A stretch of 64,000 bases of DNA. Source: Tubulanus polymorphus (Eukaryota; Animalia; Nemertea). Positions 1 to 11,312 of the stretch are shown piece by piece. Location of the stretch: positions 2,170,001 to 2,234,000 of the forward strand of contig NC_134036.1 in the NCBI RefSeq assembly GCF_964204645.1. Direction: 5' to 3'. The position numbers and the translations under genes are program-made. The notes below the pieces were generated by a model that did no database searches, was not told where the DNA came from, and saw only the letters and a list, made by a program, of their open reading frames with translations. The first letter of the stretch is position 1; each line of letters starts with the position of its first letter.

Positions 1-3000
1 TGATTTAAGATAAACTGAATTAATGAAGAAATTAAATCGATTTAACATTAAATCCTATTTGTGAAACTGGGCCCTGGAGTCAAAACTGGAAGGCCTATCT
101 TATGAGAGAAGCTCCTATATTTACTTAGGTGATCGAGGCGTTTGCTAAAAGTTACGGAAACAGCTTTGAGTCAAGTCAAAACTGGTAGCTCGATATAGCT
201 CAGGACAGAAATGACTCCAACGCGTGTAAAGCCAGTTAGAGCTTCTCTGATTGGCTAAATTTGTTTTGTTGGTATCACAATACCTCAGATGCAAAGAAAA
301 CTACCAGGCGAAATTATCTCAGGCGAAATGAGAGCCAACCATTTGCACTGTCAGATACAGCTCAAGGCCTGGAAACGAATGTTGTAAGACTAAAGTAGAT
401 GTTACAAAAGTAGTCAAAGGTTAAGAATCTCTTCGGGCGAATGAATCATATTTTCTTCATAAGCACGTTACGTTTCACTTTTCCGATTTAACTCTTAAAA
501 CAGGATTAATTCTCACTGTTGAACCGAGGCGGACAGTCGAGATTTAGAGAATGTTGCCATCGGCGACAGACTTTTCACTTTAATAAAAGGAAATGAGAGA
601 ATAACTCTTACTGTTGAATCGGACTAGGATTGTCACCACGAGCAACTGATAATAAACCATAATGTTGCTGCGTGTTGTTTCCGAAGACAGAAAAAAAAAC
701 CGGCAGCGGTCGGGTTGAATTCCACATCAGCAGACGATCCCCGGGGTCCGTACCCTGGATGCCAGACACAAATACCGGAAATGTCAGCGAAAACCGGAAA
801 GCAAGAAAACAAATTGAGAACAGTGGGAAAGATTAGAACCCTGGAAGTAAAACCGGATCGCTATGTTTCTGAAGTTAGTTAATCCCGGAGTAATATAACC
901 CGCTACTGCTGGATAATCGTCACCGTTACTTATTCACGAATGTTGCTAGAAATAAAATCCCCAGGGAGACGAGTTATCTGATATATCCGATACCGTTAAA
1001 ACGATATCTCATTGTTTATAACGATGTAAAGTTGATATTTCTGTATAGTGAATTATTCAATATGTGGTCGACTATCAATACTAGCCGTCTCTTAGCTGTC
1101 CATTATCGGCAACCATTATTAGGCTGGTTAGTAGTCCACTTGCTCTGTCCACACGAGTCCCGGGTTCGAATCTCAATCAAGCGGTCATTTTTTTTTCAAT
1201 TTAAGGATTTTATTTTGTTTAAATAAAGGATAAATTCAAAATATTATTGCGCTTATTGTTATTCTATTCACGTCGTTTTTGCTACGAGACGAAGTAATGC
1301 AACAATACGCTCGACACACGCCGCTGCTACAGCAACCAACGGTCTCCTTAAGCAACAGTCAATAAATAAATTCAAACCTAACGACTTCCCATATTTCCCG
1401 TCATCCATCATTGTGGCTTTGTTTAAAATGGCGGTTTCTAATCTACGGTTCGCTGGGAAGTTTTTGTCGGAACAGGATTCGATTTGAATAGAATTGTTTA
1501 CAATCGGAGAGACTGTACGGAGATTAAAACGGAATCGGGTTGAATGAGGTAGAACCCAAACAGCGGAAGGCAATCGGTTTATTTTACCTGAGCAGATTTT
1601 TTTGAAAAAAAAATGTTCAAGAGTTCAAGCGAGATCACTGGTGGGATTTATACAACCAATACCATCATCGATTTAAAGGAAGTAGGCTATTTTGAAAAAT
1701 GCAAACATTGTCTATCTGATGACGTGTGATATTTATATAACACCTGAACTGCCGAAGCAAGTCAGTTATTCAAACTGGCGAAACATCCAAAAGTTCCACC
1801 AAAATCGTTGATGGCATTTACAGAAATAGCTTCGTACTAATCGTGTGGCAATTTGTACTCGCACAGAATTTTTGGCCATCTCTCCCTCTCTCTCCTTCCC
1901 TCATCTCTCACTCTTCTCATCAATGTAAGCACATGACGGAGTGAATGCCAGTAAATAAACAGCCGAGATCACGTGATGAAGTTTGAAAAGTTCACGCGTT
2001 AAATAAAAAAAAAAGATTCCAGAAACTCCAATTAAAATTCTATTTCACGAACAGCTCTCTCGGTATCTTTTCAAGAGTTGACGTTCGAATATTATCTTTT
2101 TAAAAAGATTTAATTAGTCAAATCAAGTTGCAAATCCGAGTTGCAATTAGGTTTAAGACAATTAAAGGCAAGTCTAACGGTTTACGACAACTTTCGGAGT
2201 CTAAAACTGCGCCGAAAGACACCATCCCATGCACTGAACACGCGTGCTGTTGTTACTGCGATGACCTGTTGTACTGCCAACAGTTATTGGCATGCAACAC
2301 GACACATTTCACTTCCGGCAATGGGCGACGCTTCCTCCGACCGGAAACACGGTCATAATAGCCGGAAATAGGTCCGGTGTATCAATACGCGTAGAACAGC
2401 GGGCGTTATTAGGCTCGACCAGGAAGTGCAATAGTTTCCTAAGTGGCGTTAGAACAGAGTACTCGCGACTAGCGATCGCAGCGCCGCCCTAGCGACAGTT
2501 TCACTCGACTAGTGAATGCTGGAAAAGGCCGCAGTAGGAAATGGCGACTGCAGCGCCACCATATCGACATGCTAGCTCCACCTATTGAGCACACAATTTT
2601 GTTTTAACTTCAAATTTTTTCGCTAAACTTCTAGTGAATGGGACGAAAATCTCTTCTCGACAATGGGTCGAAAATCGAAAATTTTATTTTGGTCGTTCTT
2701 AAATTCTAGAACAAACTTATGTTAGGTATGATGTTAGGAATAATGTTAGGTTTTTCGGAGAAGGACAATCATCTTCTGGCAATCTCGCCGATTCGATGGA
2801 AAATGGCGTCATTTTTTTCAAAGAATAAAGAAATTTCTTTTCTCTCGAAAAACTGGAATATTATTAGAATAATTATAATTCTACGTCGAAAACGCAATTA
2901 ATTTCTTAATTTCTTTATCGGTTAATTACGAGAGATAATTTCAAAGTTTGCCGGTTTTTACGGGATTCGAACCGCCGGCGTTCTACGAACATTGTTAACC

Positions 3001-6000
3001 GAGGCGTGCTCGTCGTTCACTGTAGTTTAATCATCACTTAGATTAAACTAATGACGTCATCGAGTTGAAAGAACGTTTTTCCCTAGAAATTTCCGGGTTT
3101 TTCTCGGTGCGTATTTCTTCTAAGAAAATAACGTGAGTAAATTTTGAAACTGCGAGAAGTTCTTGAAACGTGCTCATAACCAAGACCAGGACCCCTCGTT
3201 TATAATTAAAAGAATCCCGCCTTGGAAAGGAGAAGACTTCCTACAAGAAAAAACAAGTGTTGCCAACCACACCAGCTGACCAGGAAACGCAATAACTTCT
3301 TGAAACGTGCTCAAAGGCTAAAGAGAAGCTCCTTAGTCGTAAAGCAATCGTTGGCAACCTGGAAATTACAGTACCACTTCACCAGAGCCCCCTAGTGGTC
3401 ACAGTAGGATAAATTCAGTTGAAATTAGTGAATTTCTAATTCATAACCTATCCCCATCAGAAATGGAGTATTTATCAGTAAGTTTTGCATTTTGAGGGCC
3501 TTGATAAGGGCATTATAAGGTAAGGAAAGATTTTCAAAGATTGCCACACTCGTCCAGTTGACCTTTATTTCGACCGTCAAGAAAATAGGTTATTCCTTTA
3601 TCAAAAAAGACAGCTTCCATTTACCGTACGGGTCACCGACATAAAAGTAATCGGACTATTTTTACGAACGTTTATCAACGTAATATCGACGGTGATTCGG
3701 TTTCGTTTTATGGCCGAATCTCGCGCATGAATACACACATCTTTACGACAGACGATGGTCACTCGTCCGGTAAAGTGTCGATATTCCGCTGGGGAAATGG
3801 ATTTTTACGCTCGCGCGAGTCTAGTTCGATGAACCGGTCGCAAGAGGCGAACATCAGAACAAAAAGAAAAAAAACAGAACCAGAAAAAAAACATAAACAG
3901 CAAAGGCTGTTTGTGATGAATTGTCGTGACCAGTTTCGTAAAAAAAAACAACGCAGTATCCGTCCAGGGGCGAATTTAAAGGGGGGTCTCGGGGGTAAGG
4001 ACTTCTTTTACGTACGTTATGACAAAGATCGTTAATTGCTGTTGTAAATTTGACACTCACAAAATTTGCATCTTTTGAGATTAGCATTTCACCAAAAATA
4101 TCCTGGCATTGACTTGTGGCATTTGACCCGGCTCCCTTTCGCCTTCTCCTGAGCCACCCAAGCATTTCAATATAATTCCAAAATCTGACCCTAGCCAAGG
4201 AAAAGTCCAGCATCATGAACATGTTTTAAGAATTAAACCAGTTATAAATTATTCGCAGCAACAGACACCTTGTCTGACTCTTCTCGCCTAAACGACGCAA
4301 CAATGGAGACATTGACATTTCAATCTTCCCATTGATTCTATCTTCAATCCGTAACGAAGCAACGACGTAAACACCAAACGACACTTCCTCCGACAAAACA
4401 TCGAAAACGCTGCCGCTTCTCGAAAACCGATTGCGTTCTACACGGCGTTCGTAGGCGTTAACGTCATTTGAAAACTGCAGGACAACGCTGTCTCCGCCAT
4501 TTGATGCTTAAGTTAGCGTTAACGTCAACGGCAGAGCGTTTTCATCAGCGTTTTTTTTTCTTTATCTTAACGTCGCAGCAACGCTAACGCGGCATAGCCT
4601 CGTCATTAACGCCGATCCTTTATTGCGGGCAGCGGCAACGTCGGAGTATAATTAATACTTTTTTTACGATTGGATAAAAAGATATATTAGCTCCACTCTC
4701 TTGACGACAACGTTGAGTGCGCGACGTCCCGGTAACGTCAACGTCAAACGTATATAACGTAAATCGAATTATTCGTTACAACGTTGGCGTTAGCCGTTTT
4801 AAGTATATTCTCAAGTGCGGGTTCATTTGAAGCGTTTTGACGTCGTCGACGCAGCGCAATAATGAAACGACGCCTGTCACCGTTGGCAAGGTTATAACGG
4901 TTCGTTATGAAGCGTTCAGAGATTGCGATAAAACGTTTGATGCAACAGCGGCGCGTGAATCATCATCGAAATATCAAATGGTAATGATGATGATATTTCA
5001 GATATCTCAAAATGTTTTATATTCGGTATCATTATCGATATTGATATTTCAAAACGGTCGCTTTGAAGTGACGCCGTACTCTGGGACGTGAGGGGAAGAT
5101 AACATGCATTAAAAATGATTTTTTTTTCACAAACATGAGCGATTTGTCGACATGGGATGTTACAGAGGCGGCCATCTTACTAAAGGGTTTCAACTACATC
5201 GATTTGATGATGTCATAGGTTGATTCACGGAGCCAGCCATCTTTTCCATTTTATAAAGGATATCAACTACATATATATCATTTGATGATGTCATATGTGG
5301 ATTCTATGGAGGGTGTGTTATCTGAATTTCATAATTTGTCACACGAATCAGGTAGCCATCTATTCGGTAAGGCGAAGGAACGTGTTGGAACTAAATACCT
5401 CCGATAATCATTTACCCGGTACCAGATAAACCAATACATTAACACGTCCAAATTAATGGCACATGCGCAGTAGGTGCGAAAACTAATCACCGAATCCGGT
5501 GCTGGTGATAATGAGGCAAACACGACCGTTAACGACTGACATTGTTGCCGCACGAATTTGAACCGGTTAACCTCTCGAATAGCCTGGGCCCTCAATCCCT
5601 TGTTCACACACGTTTCCGTGAAATTTGACAAATTTGCTGGGAAAATATTATCAAGAATTTCAGTGAAGATGAAGGATTTGCGAGTGGATTTCCGACCAAA
5701 ATTGCGTTGCGAGGCGTTACGTCCCCGTACCGCCAACAACAAACTTATATAATACCCCAATTTGTTCTCTACCATTCAAACAACCAACCTCGTTAATGGG
5801 TTTTATTGGGTCGGTAACCCGTCTAACGAGACGACACATAGCCGACAACCCGTCCGAGAAAGAACTACAACGATTTCCTTTAATTTGTATCCAATCCGCG
5901 AGTCGACCTCCTAGAGCAGTTCGGATCGATATTAGCGTTCTCCGTTATCATTCATAGAGCATAAAGACACGTCAGCTGCGAGATGCGTCGCATTTTCTCA

Positions 6001-7340
6001 GAGCAACGGCCGAAAAAAAAGCGAGCACATTTTTTTACGATTCCGAGATTCCGAGCACATAAACAGTTATACAACCGCACTACGAGCCGTTCGTGTCCCT
6101 AACGACCGTTTTTGAATAATAACGAATTCCTTTATTGATATAAATGTATCGGAATCCGGGCCGCTCCCTCGGCGGTGTCGGGGAGTCGTTAACGCGACGC
6201 GCGTCAAAATGGACGCTTTCAATCAAATCAAATTAACTCAAATATAAAACGTTCATTCTTATTATATCACAATCGACGTTAACGTTCAACATCGATCAAT
6301 CAACGCTTCGAAACGACGTTGATGATGATGATGGAAGAAGGACGAACGCTTACGTACGTTATACGTTTTTACGTTAGCGGCGACGTTTCGATCCGACGTA
6401 ATGAACGACGTGTTGGAACTAGCTAGCTGACGGCAACGTCGGAATATCGAGTGTATCGGAATCAACGTCTATAATAACGCTTTCGATTGTTGTATTTGAC
6501 GTAGACAGCGTAACTAAGAAACAGGATCAGAAACCGGGCAATGAGGACGCTAGAAATGTAGCGTTTTGAAAATTTTAAAAGTATCCCCTCCCGACTCCTA
6601 CGCGGATCGTGGACATTTCTCTGGAAAGAAAATTCCATATTCAATCCGATCATCGCATTGTCCGGGCATTGTTTCCGTTGACATGGTAACGACACGGCGT
6701 AAAAACATCCGGGACATTTCCGTTTTTCTCGACGCGGTCGTCGAAAGCGGAAGAGAATATCAGCTCCTAGAATCTATTCATAAAAACGCAGGCCGTGATG
6801 GATCGGCGACATTTCGCTTCGAAAACTGGCTGTATTTAGACAAGGTGTCAAAAAGGCCGATAGCGCTAGGTGTCGACAATCTTCGAAGACCGATTTTAGG
6901 TTTCAAGTATTACCATCTCGGATATATGCCATTTACAAAAAAAAATATACCATTCTTCCGATTTAAGATCATCCATTATTTTGCTAACACCCCACGGTAT
7001 CGAACAAGACTATCAAAATATCGCATTAAATATCAATGTTTCCTGGACTATCAAAATGTCGCTTTAAGTATCAAAATGTTGCCCGAACTATCATGGATTA
7101 TTCAAACCGCGCAGCAAATTATCTAAAACTTTACGACGCATTAAATTATTGAATTTCAAATGGGTTTTAATGGCAATTTGAACACAATGATCTATCGCTG
7201 TAACGGGGCATTGTATATCACAATATCAATGAAATATTTACACCCCAGACTTAGACGGGATGTCTGGCAGACTGTACTATTATGTCTGTGTCAATGATGG
7301 GTTTTTTTTCCCAAAACGTACATGCACCAAAAAATGATTC

Positions 7341-7445
7341 ATAAACACTAACTAGAAGCCGGCCTTGTTGGATTTATAAACACTAACTAGCAGCCGGCCT
7401 TGTTGGATTTATAAACACTAACTAGCAGCCGGCCTTGTTGGATTT
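7341..7445. repeat. 35-bp tandem repeat x3
   Basis: ATAAACACTAACTAGCAGCCGGCCTTGTTGGATTT. Confidence 0.9.
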
Positions 7446-7567
7446 TGTCGCTAGTATTAATCACTGAAGGTTGGATAAAAATAGGAGTGGACGAATAGAA
7501 GAAATTGGGCTTAATCTAAAAAAAAAGAAATTGGGCTTACTCAAAAAAAGAAATTGGGCTTACTCAT

Positions 7568-7571
<4 letters not shown>

Positions 7572-7643
<72 letters not shown>

Positions 7644-7686
7644 AGGGAGGGAGGGAGGGAGGGAGGGAGGGAGGGAGGGAGGGAGG

Positions 7687-7756
<70 letters not shown>

Positions 7757-7760
7757 GGGA
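7572..7760. repeat. Compound microsatellite (GA)n-(GGGA)n-(GA)n
   Basis: Directly visible. Confidence 0.97.
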
Positions 7761-8141
7761 GTTATTGTTCTTTGATTAAACAGGCAGCAATAATACGATT
7801 AGGATTAGGAGCGTATGGTGGAAAATGCGCCGTGATGTTGTTGCGGTCAGAATCGAGGAAAAAGCCAAGGCTTGCGACAGAGAGCGGAGAGAGAGAGAGC
7901 GGAGGGGTATTAGTCGTGGTAATTACGTTACATGCGCCGAGGTCCTGACACCCACGACGTATAGCAGCGGTGAGCTGATCCGTTAAACGTGAGGTCATTT
8001 CCATGTGTGTGAACGATCAAACCGTTACATCTACAACCTAAGAGTACCCAACCACATTGAGACAGAAGCACAGGAGGAAGGCATGGCAGATAGGCAGTTT
8101 AGGTAACCTAAGAGTACCCGAAGAGATGGAGACAGAAGCGC

Positions 8142-8431
8142 AGGTTTCATCTAAAACCAAAGAATGGCCAGCCACGAGGGCGGCATGGCAGATAGGTTTT
8201 ATCTAAAACCTATTGAGGCTACAGCAGCGATCCCAACGGCCTGGACAACTGATGCCGAGAGACTTTTAATTCGACTCCAAACGACCTAGATCACTGATTT
8301 CCATATAGGTTTTCGAAAGGTTTCATCTAAAACCAAAGAATGGTCAGCCACGAGGGCGGCATGGCAGAAAGGTTTTATCTAAAACCTATTGAGGCTAGAG
8401 CAGCGATCCAAACGGCCTGGATAACTGATTT
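8142..8431. repeat. Local direct duplication (about 110 bp)
   Basis: AGGTTTCATCTAAAACCAAAGAATGGxCAGCCACGAGGGCGGCATGGCAGA... at about 8142 and about 8318. Confidence 0.85.
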
Positions 8432-9728
8432 CCATATCGATACAAATTTCGACTTTCAAACACTTTAAGATTGACAGACGAACTCTTAGCTTTGACTTAA
8501 ATCATGGCTACGTCGAAACAGAAATCACGACCTACAAGCGCTCTTATTGTGCTTGTGACCTAACCGAAATCCCTAACCGAGTATCTCTTAGTTTCACTCT
8601 AAACTCGTATCTGGAACTCTGCGGCCACTTTTGGTGATTACATAACAGGCCGTCATCTTTATCGAACTACCAGAAGAACCACCAGAAGATGTGAAAAATT
8701 ACTACAAAATTTCGAAGTCGATTTTTCTTTTTCGTTGCGTGGAAAATGTTTAATAATCGTAGTCGTTGAAATTTCAGAAATTCCGTTGCGAACGTTGCCC
8801 GAAGCGACCGGTATCGGATTGTCGACAACCAGAACGAACGTGCCCTCCGACATCCGAAGAGTTGGGTGAGAAAATTGGAAAATGCTCGAACGCGTGAAAA
8901 ACATCAGCGGCGACGAGAATTCAGCCGATAACTCGATTGCGATGCAAATACGATGGGACTGATTGACTGAATGGGTTTAAAGGCCACGTTTTGAAGTTTC
9001 TGAAATCTGCACAAAAAAATCAGGGCGATCAAATGTTTTACATTCGTAACAACATCACCGATAGAGGGCACTGCTCCCAGTTATTAATGACACATTTCAT
9101 ATTCTCGCTGTGGAAACAAACGGTTGAAATGTAAATTAACTCCCAATTCATGAAAGAAAATTCTGTTAACCAAAACTTTCTAACTTGAGTTCCGATATTT
9201 TATGGGTCGCTATAGCTTTGACGGGCCGCGGCAAGAACCCGCTGTCCTCATCTGAAGAACCCCATGGTGCTCAATGGAAGAACCCAAAGATAAGACATAT
9301 GGTATGATAAGGTCAAATAGATACAATTTACAAGACCCAGACCTATACAGAGCTGAATATTTTTCATCAAATCGCTTTGAAAGAAGTTAATCAGATCTTT
9401 ATCGACACCAGCTGCAGATGGCTCTATATTTTCGAAGATACCCGTCATATTAATATCGTCAAATTTCTCAAATGAATCAATCATAAAATCGAACGATATC
9501 AGAATTATTTTATGATATTTTGCACGATATATCAGGTGCAAAATGAAGCCGATATTAAAGAAAGTAAACGGACGTAATAATCCGGGATTTATATTTATGA
9601 TTATGATATGCGTACTAACAATGCGCACAGACCGACAGGATCTCATATTCTCAAGAGTAACCCACACAGAACTGAACGTCTTTCGGCGAAAGAAGATAAA
9701 TTCATCAGTAAGTACACTTTTACGTACA

Positions 9729-9858
9729 GGGCTGCAGTTGCTGAAAGGTTGGTTAGAGTTAACCAGCGGACAGTTGACATAGTGACAATTAAAAGTTCAT
9801 TGTTACTATGGTATTTATCCGCTGGTTATCTTTAAACAACTTTCGAGCAACTGGGTCC
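9729..9858. mobile_element. About 130-bp MITE-like element
   Basis: Imperfect TIRs GG..CAGTTGCTGAAAGGTTG / CAACTTTCGAGCAACTGGGTCC; a diverged reverse-orientation copy lies at about 50174-50287. Confidence 0.6.
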
Positions 9859-9992
9859 TGCTTTTCAATTAACCAATCGTTAAATCGGCCTGGAGTAAGA
9901 TGAGGAAAATACGTTTGGTGTTTAAAAAAAACAAATAATTTTCGAGATATTTTCGACCTGAATTATTTCCGAGGTATTCATTTTCACAGACG

Positions 9993-10286
9993 ATGCATAA
10001 ATTAACTCTGATCGCTTTGCTGATTGGCTGCATGGTACAGGTGGCGGCATCTATCGACGCCGTTAAGAGGCAAAGACAAAGCGACGAATATCCTGTCGAC
10101 GACGACGATGACGTCATAGGGAGAACGAAGCGATTTATATTCATGTTTAATCCAATGATGCAGATAAAGTTTTTCGTCTCACGAATGGAGGCGTCTAAAA
10201 TAGCGAATTGGGTAAAGTCGTCTGCCGCGGTGCGAGTAGAATTAGAGGATCTTCGTGACAAAATCAATGGATGGTTAGACGACTAG
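9993..10286 (+). CDS. Secreted prepropeptide (97 aa): signal peptide, acidic propeptide, RTKR convertase site, 50-aa mature peptide; nested antisense in the receptor intron
   Basis: MHKLTLIALLIGCMVQVAAS (signal), IDAVKRQRQSDEYPVDDDDDVIG (dibasic KR plus acidic spacer), RTKR, then FIFMFNPMMQIKFFVSRMEASKIANWVKSSAAVRVELEDLRDKINGWLDD*. A splice acceptor-like TTCATTTTCACAG lies 3 nt before the ATG, and AATAAA is at 10499-10504. Confidence 0.72.
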   Translation: MHKLTLIALLIGCMVQVAASIDAVKRQRQSDEYPVDDDDDVIGRTKRFIFMFNPMMQIKFFVSRMEASKIANWVKSSAAVRVELEDLRDKINGWLDD

Positions 10287-10498
10287 CGGCCATCTTAGAT
10301 ACGGTACCGTTTAACATTCAATAGCCGTAACAATGAAGATTATATCGAGATACAAGATGGCCGCCTTGACGATTCCATCTATGACGTCACCATCCAGTAA
10401 TAGTTACTTCGTTGATGATAACGATAGCAAATGACGGTAACTATGGTACCCGATGACGTCATAATAAGAAACGTGAAGGCAGCCATTTCCCCCTTCAA

Positions 10499-10504
10499 AA
10501 TAAA
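10499..10504 (+). promoter_or_regulatory. Putative polyadenylation signal of the nested peptide gene
   Basis: AATAAA about 210 nt after the stop codon, followed by T/GT-rich sequence (GTGCTTTTCCTTTCTGTCATTTT). Confidence 0.45.
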
Positions 10505-10606
10505 TGTAGCAAACGAAAATGTGCTTTTCCTTTCTGTCATTTTGATTGGCTGAAAAATGGTTTTGTATTTTCATTTTTTTTGGGGTCTAAATATTTTACT
10601 ACTTAC

Positions 10607-11312
10607 TTCGACTGACACGTGATAATTTCAATAGCGATTGTCGCGCCTCCTCGTGAGTAATCGTAAAATCGTTGGTTAACTCCCGATAAACGCTTTCCGG
10701 TTTGTCGCCCAGCTCCCGGTGCTTGTTCTTCACCAGAACTTGATTTATCGCTTCCATTATAAAAAACGAAGCGTCGCTTTTCGTGTATTTATAAAACATT
10801 CCCAAACGTCGCCAGTCGAAATGCGCGAAGGCCGTTTCGACGAAATCCGCGCATTTCAAATAGGTGCCCATAACGCGCGTCAATAGTTGATAGATGTCTT
10901 TTTTCCTGTCGAATTCTTTAACGAGGGCACCTGCTGTTAGTACCGGTATATTCCACGCGGGGGAGTACCGAGCTACGGGAGCCACGCTGTACTCGCAGAC
11001 CGGACCGAAAAACACGTGAGCTTCGTTATTGTAGTACATCTGTATGGCCGATAGAGGTCCTGCCTTGTCGCTACATTTACTGTCCACCATTGTTGCTTTG
11101 AGTTGGTAACCTTGCAACAATCCGGTAGTGTTGGCAACTTTCTCCATGGCGATATGAATAGCAGGTGCGACTTTCTCCATGGCCCATTGGTAATTCATTT
11201 TCTCGGGCAATATGACGCCCATTTTTACCGTATTAGTGGCGCCGACGGCGGCCAAAAACGTCACTAAGACCGTCAATAAAATCCCGAGTTTATGAAATTG
11301 AATTCTGCACAT
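10607..11312 (-). CDS. First coding exon of a natriuretic peptide receptor-like / receptor-type guanylyl cyclase (signal peptide plus N-terminal part of the ANF-receptor ligand-binding domain)
   Basis: ORF 10599..11339 starts at GTG; the first in-frame ATG is at 11312 (MCRIQFHKLGILLTVLVTFLAAVGA, a signal peptide). Family motifs are VKMGVILP, APAIHIAMEKV, DSKCS..GP, VFFGPVCEYSVAPVARYSPAW (close to the NPR signature GPxCxYxAAxVxRxxxHW), WNIPVLTAGA and LLTRV. The exon ends ...SRVSR A|GTAAGT (donor at 10606-10601, phase 1). I found no downstream exon in 1-10600, so a cyclase-bearing receptor cannot be told from an NPR3-like clearance receptor. Confidence 0.92.

Noticed and set aside
1110-1200. 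Possible tRNA gene (GGTTCGAATC B-box)
   Set aside because: No consistent acceptor or anticodon stems can be drawn; at best a SINE or pseudo-tRNA remnant.
6566-7126. 186-aa ORF (TTG start)
   Set aside because: Non-ATG start, no recognisable domain, composition like surrounding intron.
7554-7775. RE/GGRE, Pro/Ser/Leu-rich and IY-repeat ORFs (also 17407, 27792/27795, 32273-32587, 47363)
   Set aside because: Artefacts of GA-, GGGA- and TA-rich simple sequence.
9248-9667. 139-aa minus-strand ORF in the receptor intron, considered as receptor exon 2
   Set aside because: No resemblance to the expected continuation of the ANF-receptor domain (I/V-I-I-L-C...) and no recognisable motifs.
9993-10286. 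Calling the nested peptide a natriuretic peptide
   Set aside because: The mature region has no cysteines and no CFG...RIG...C ring motif.
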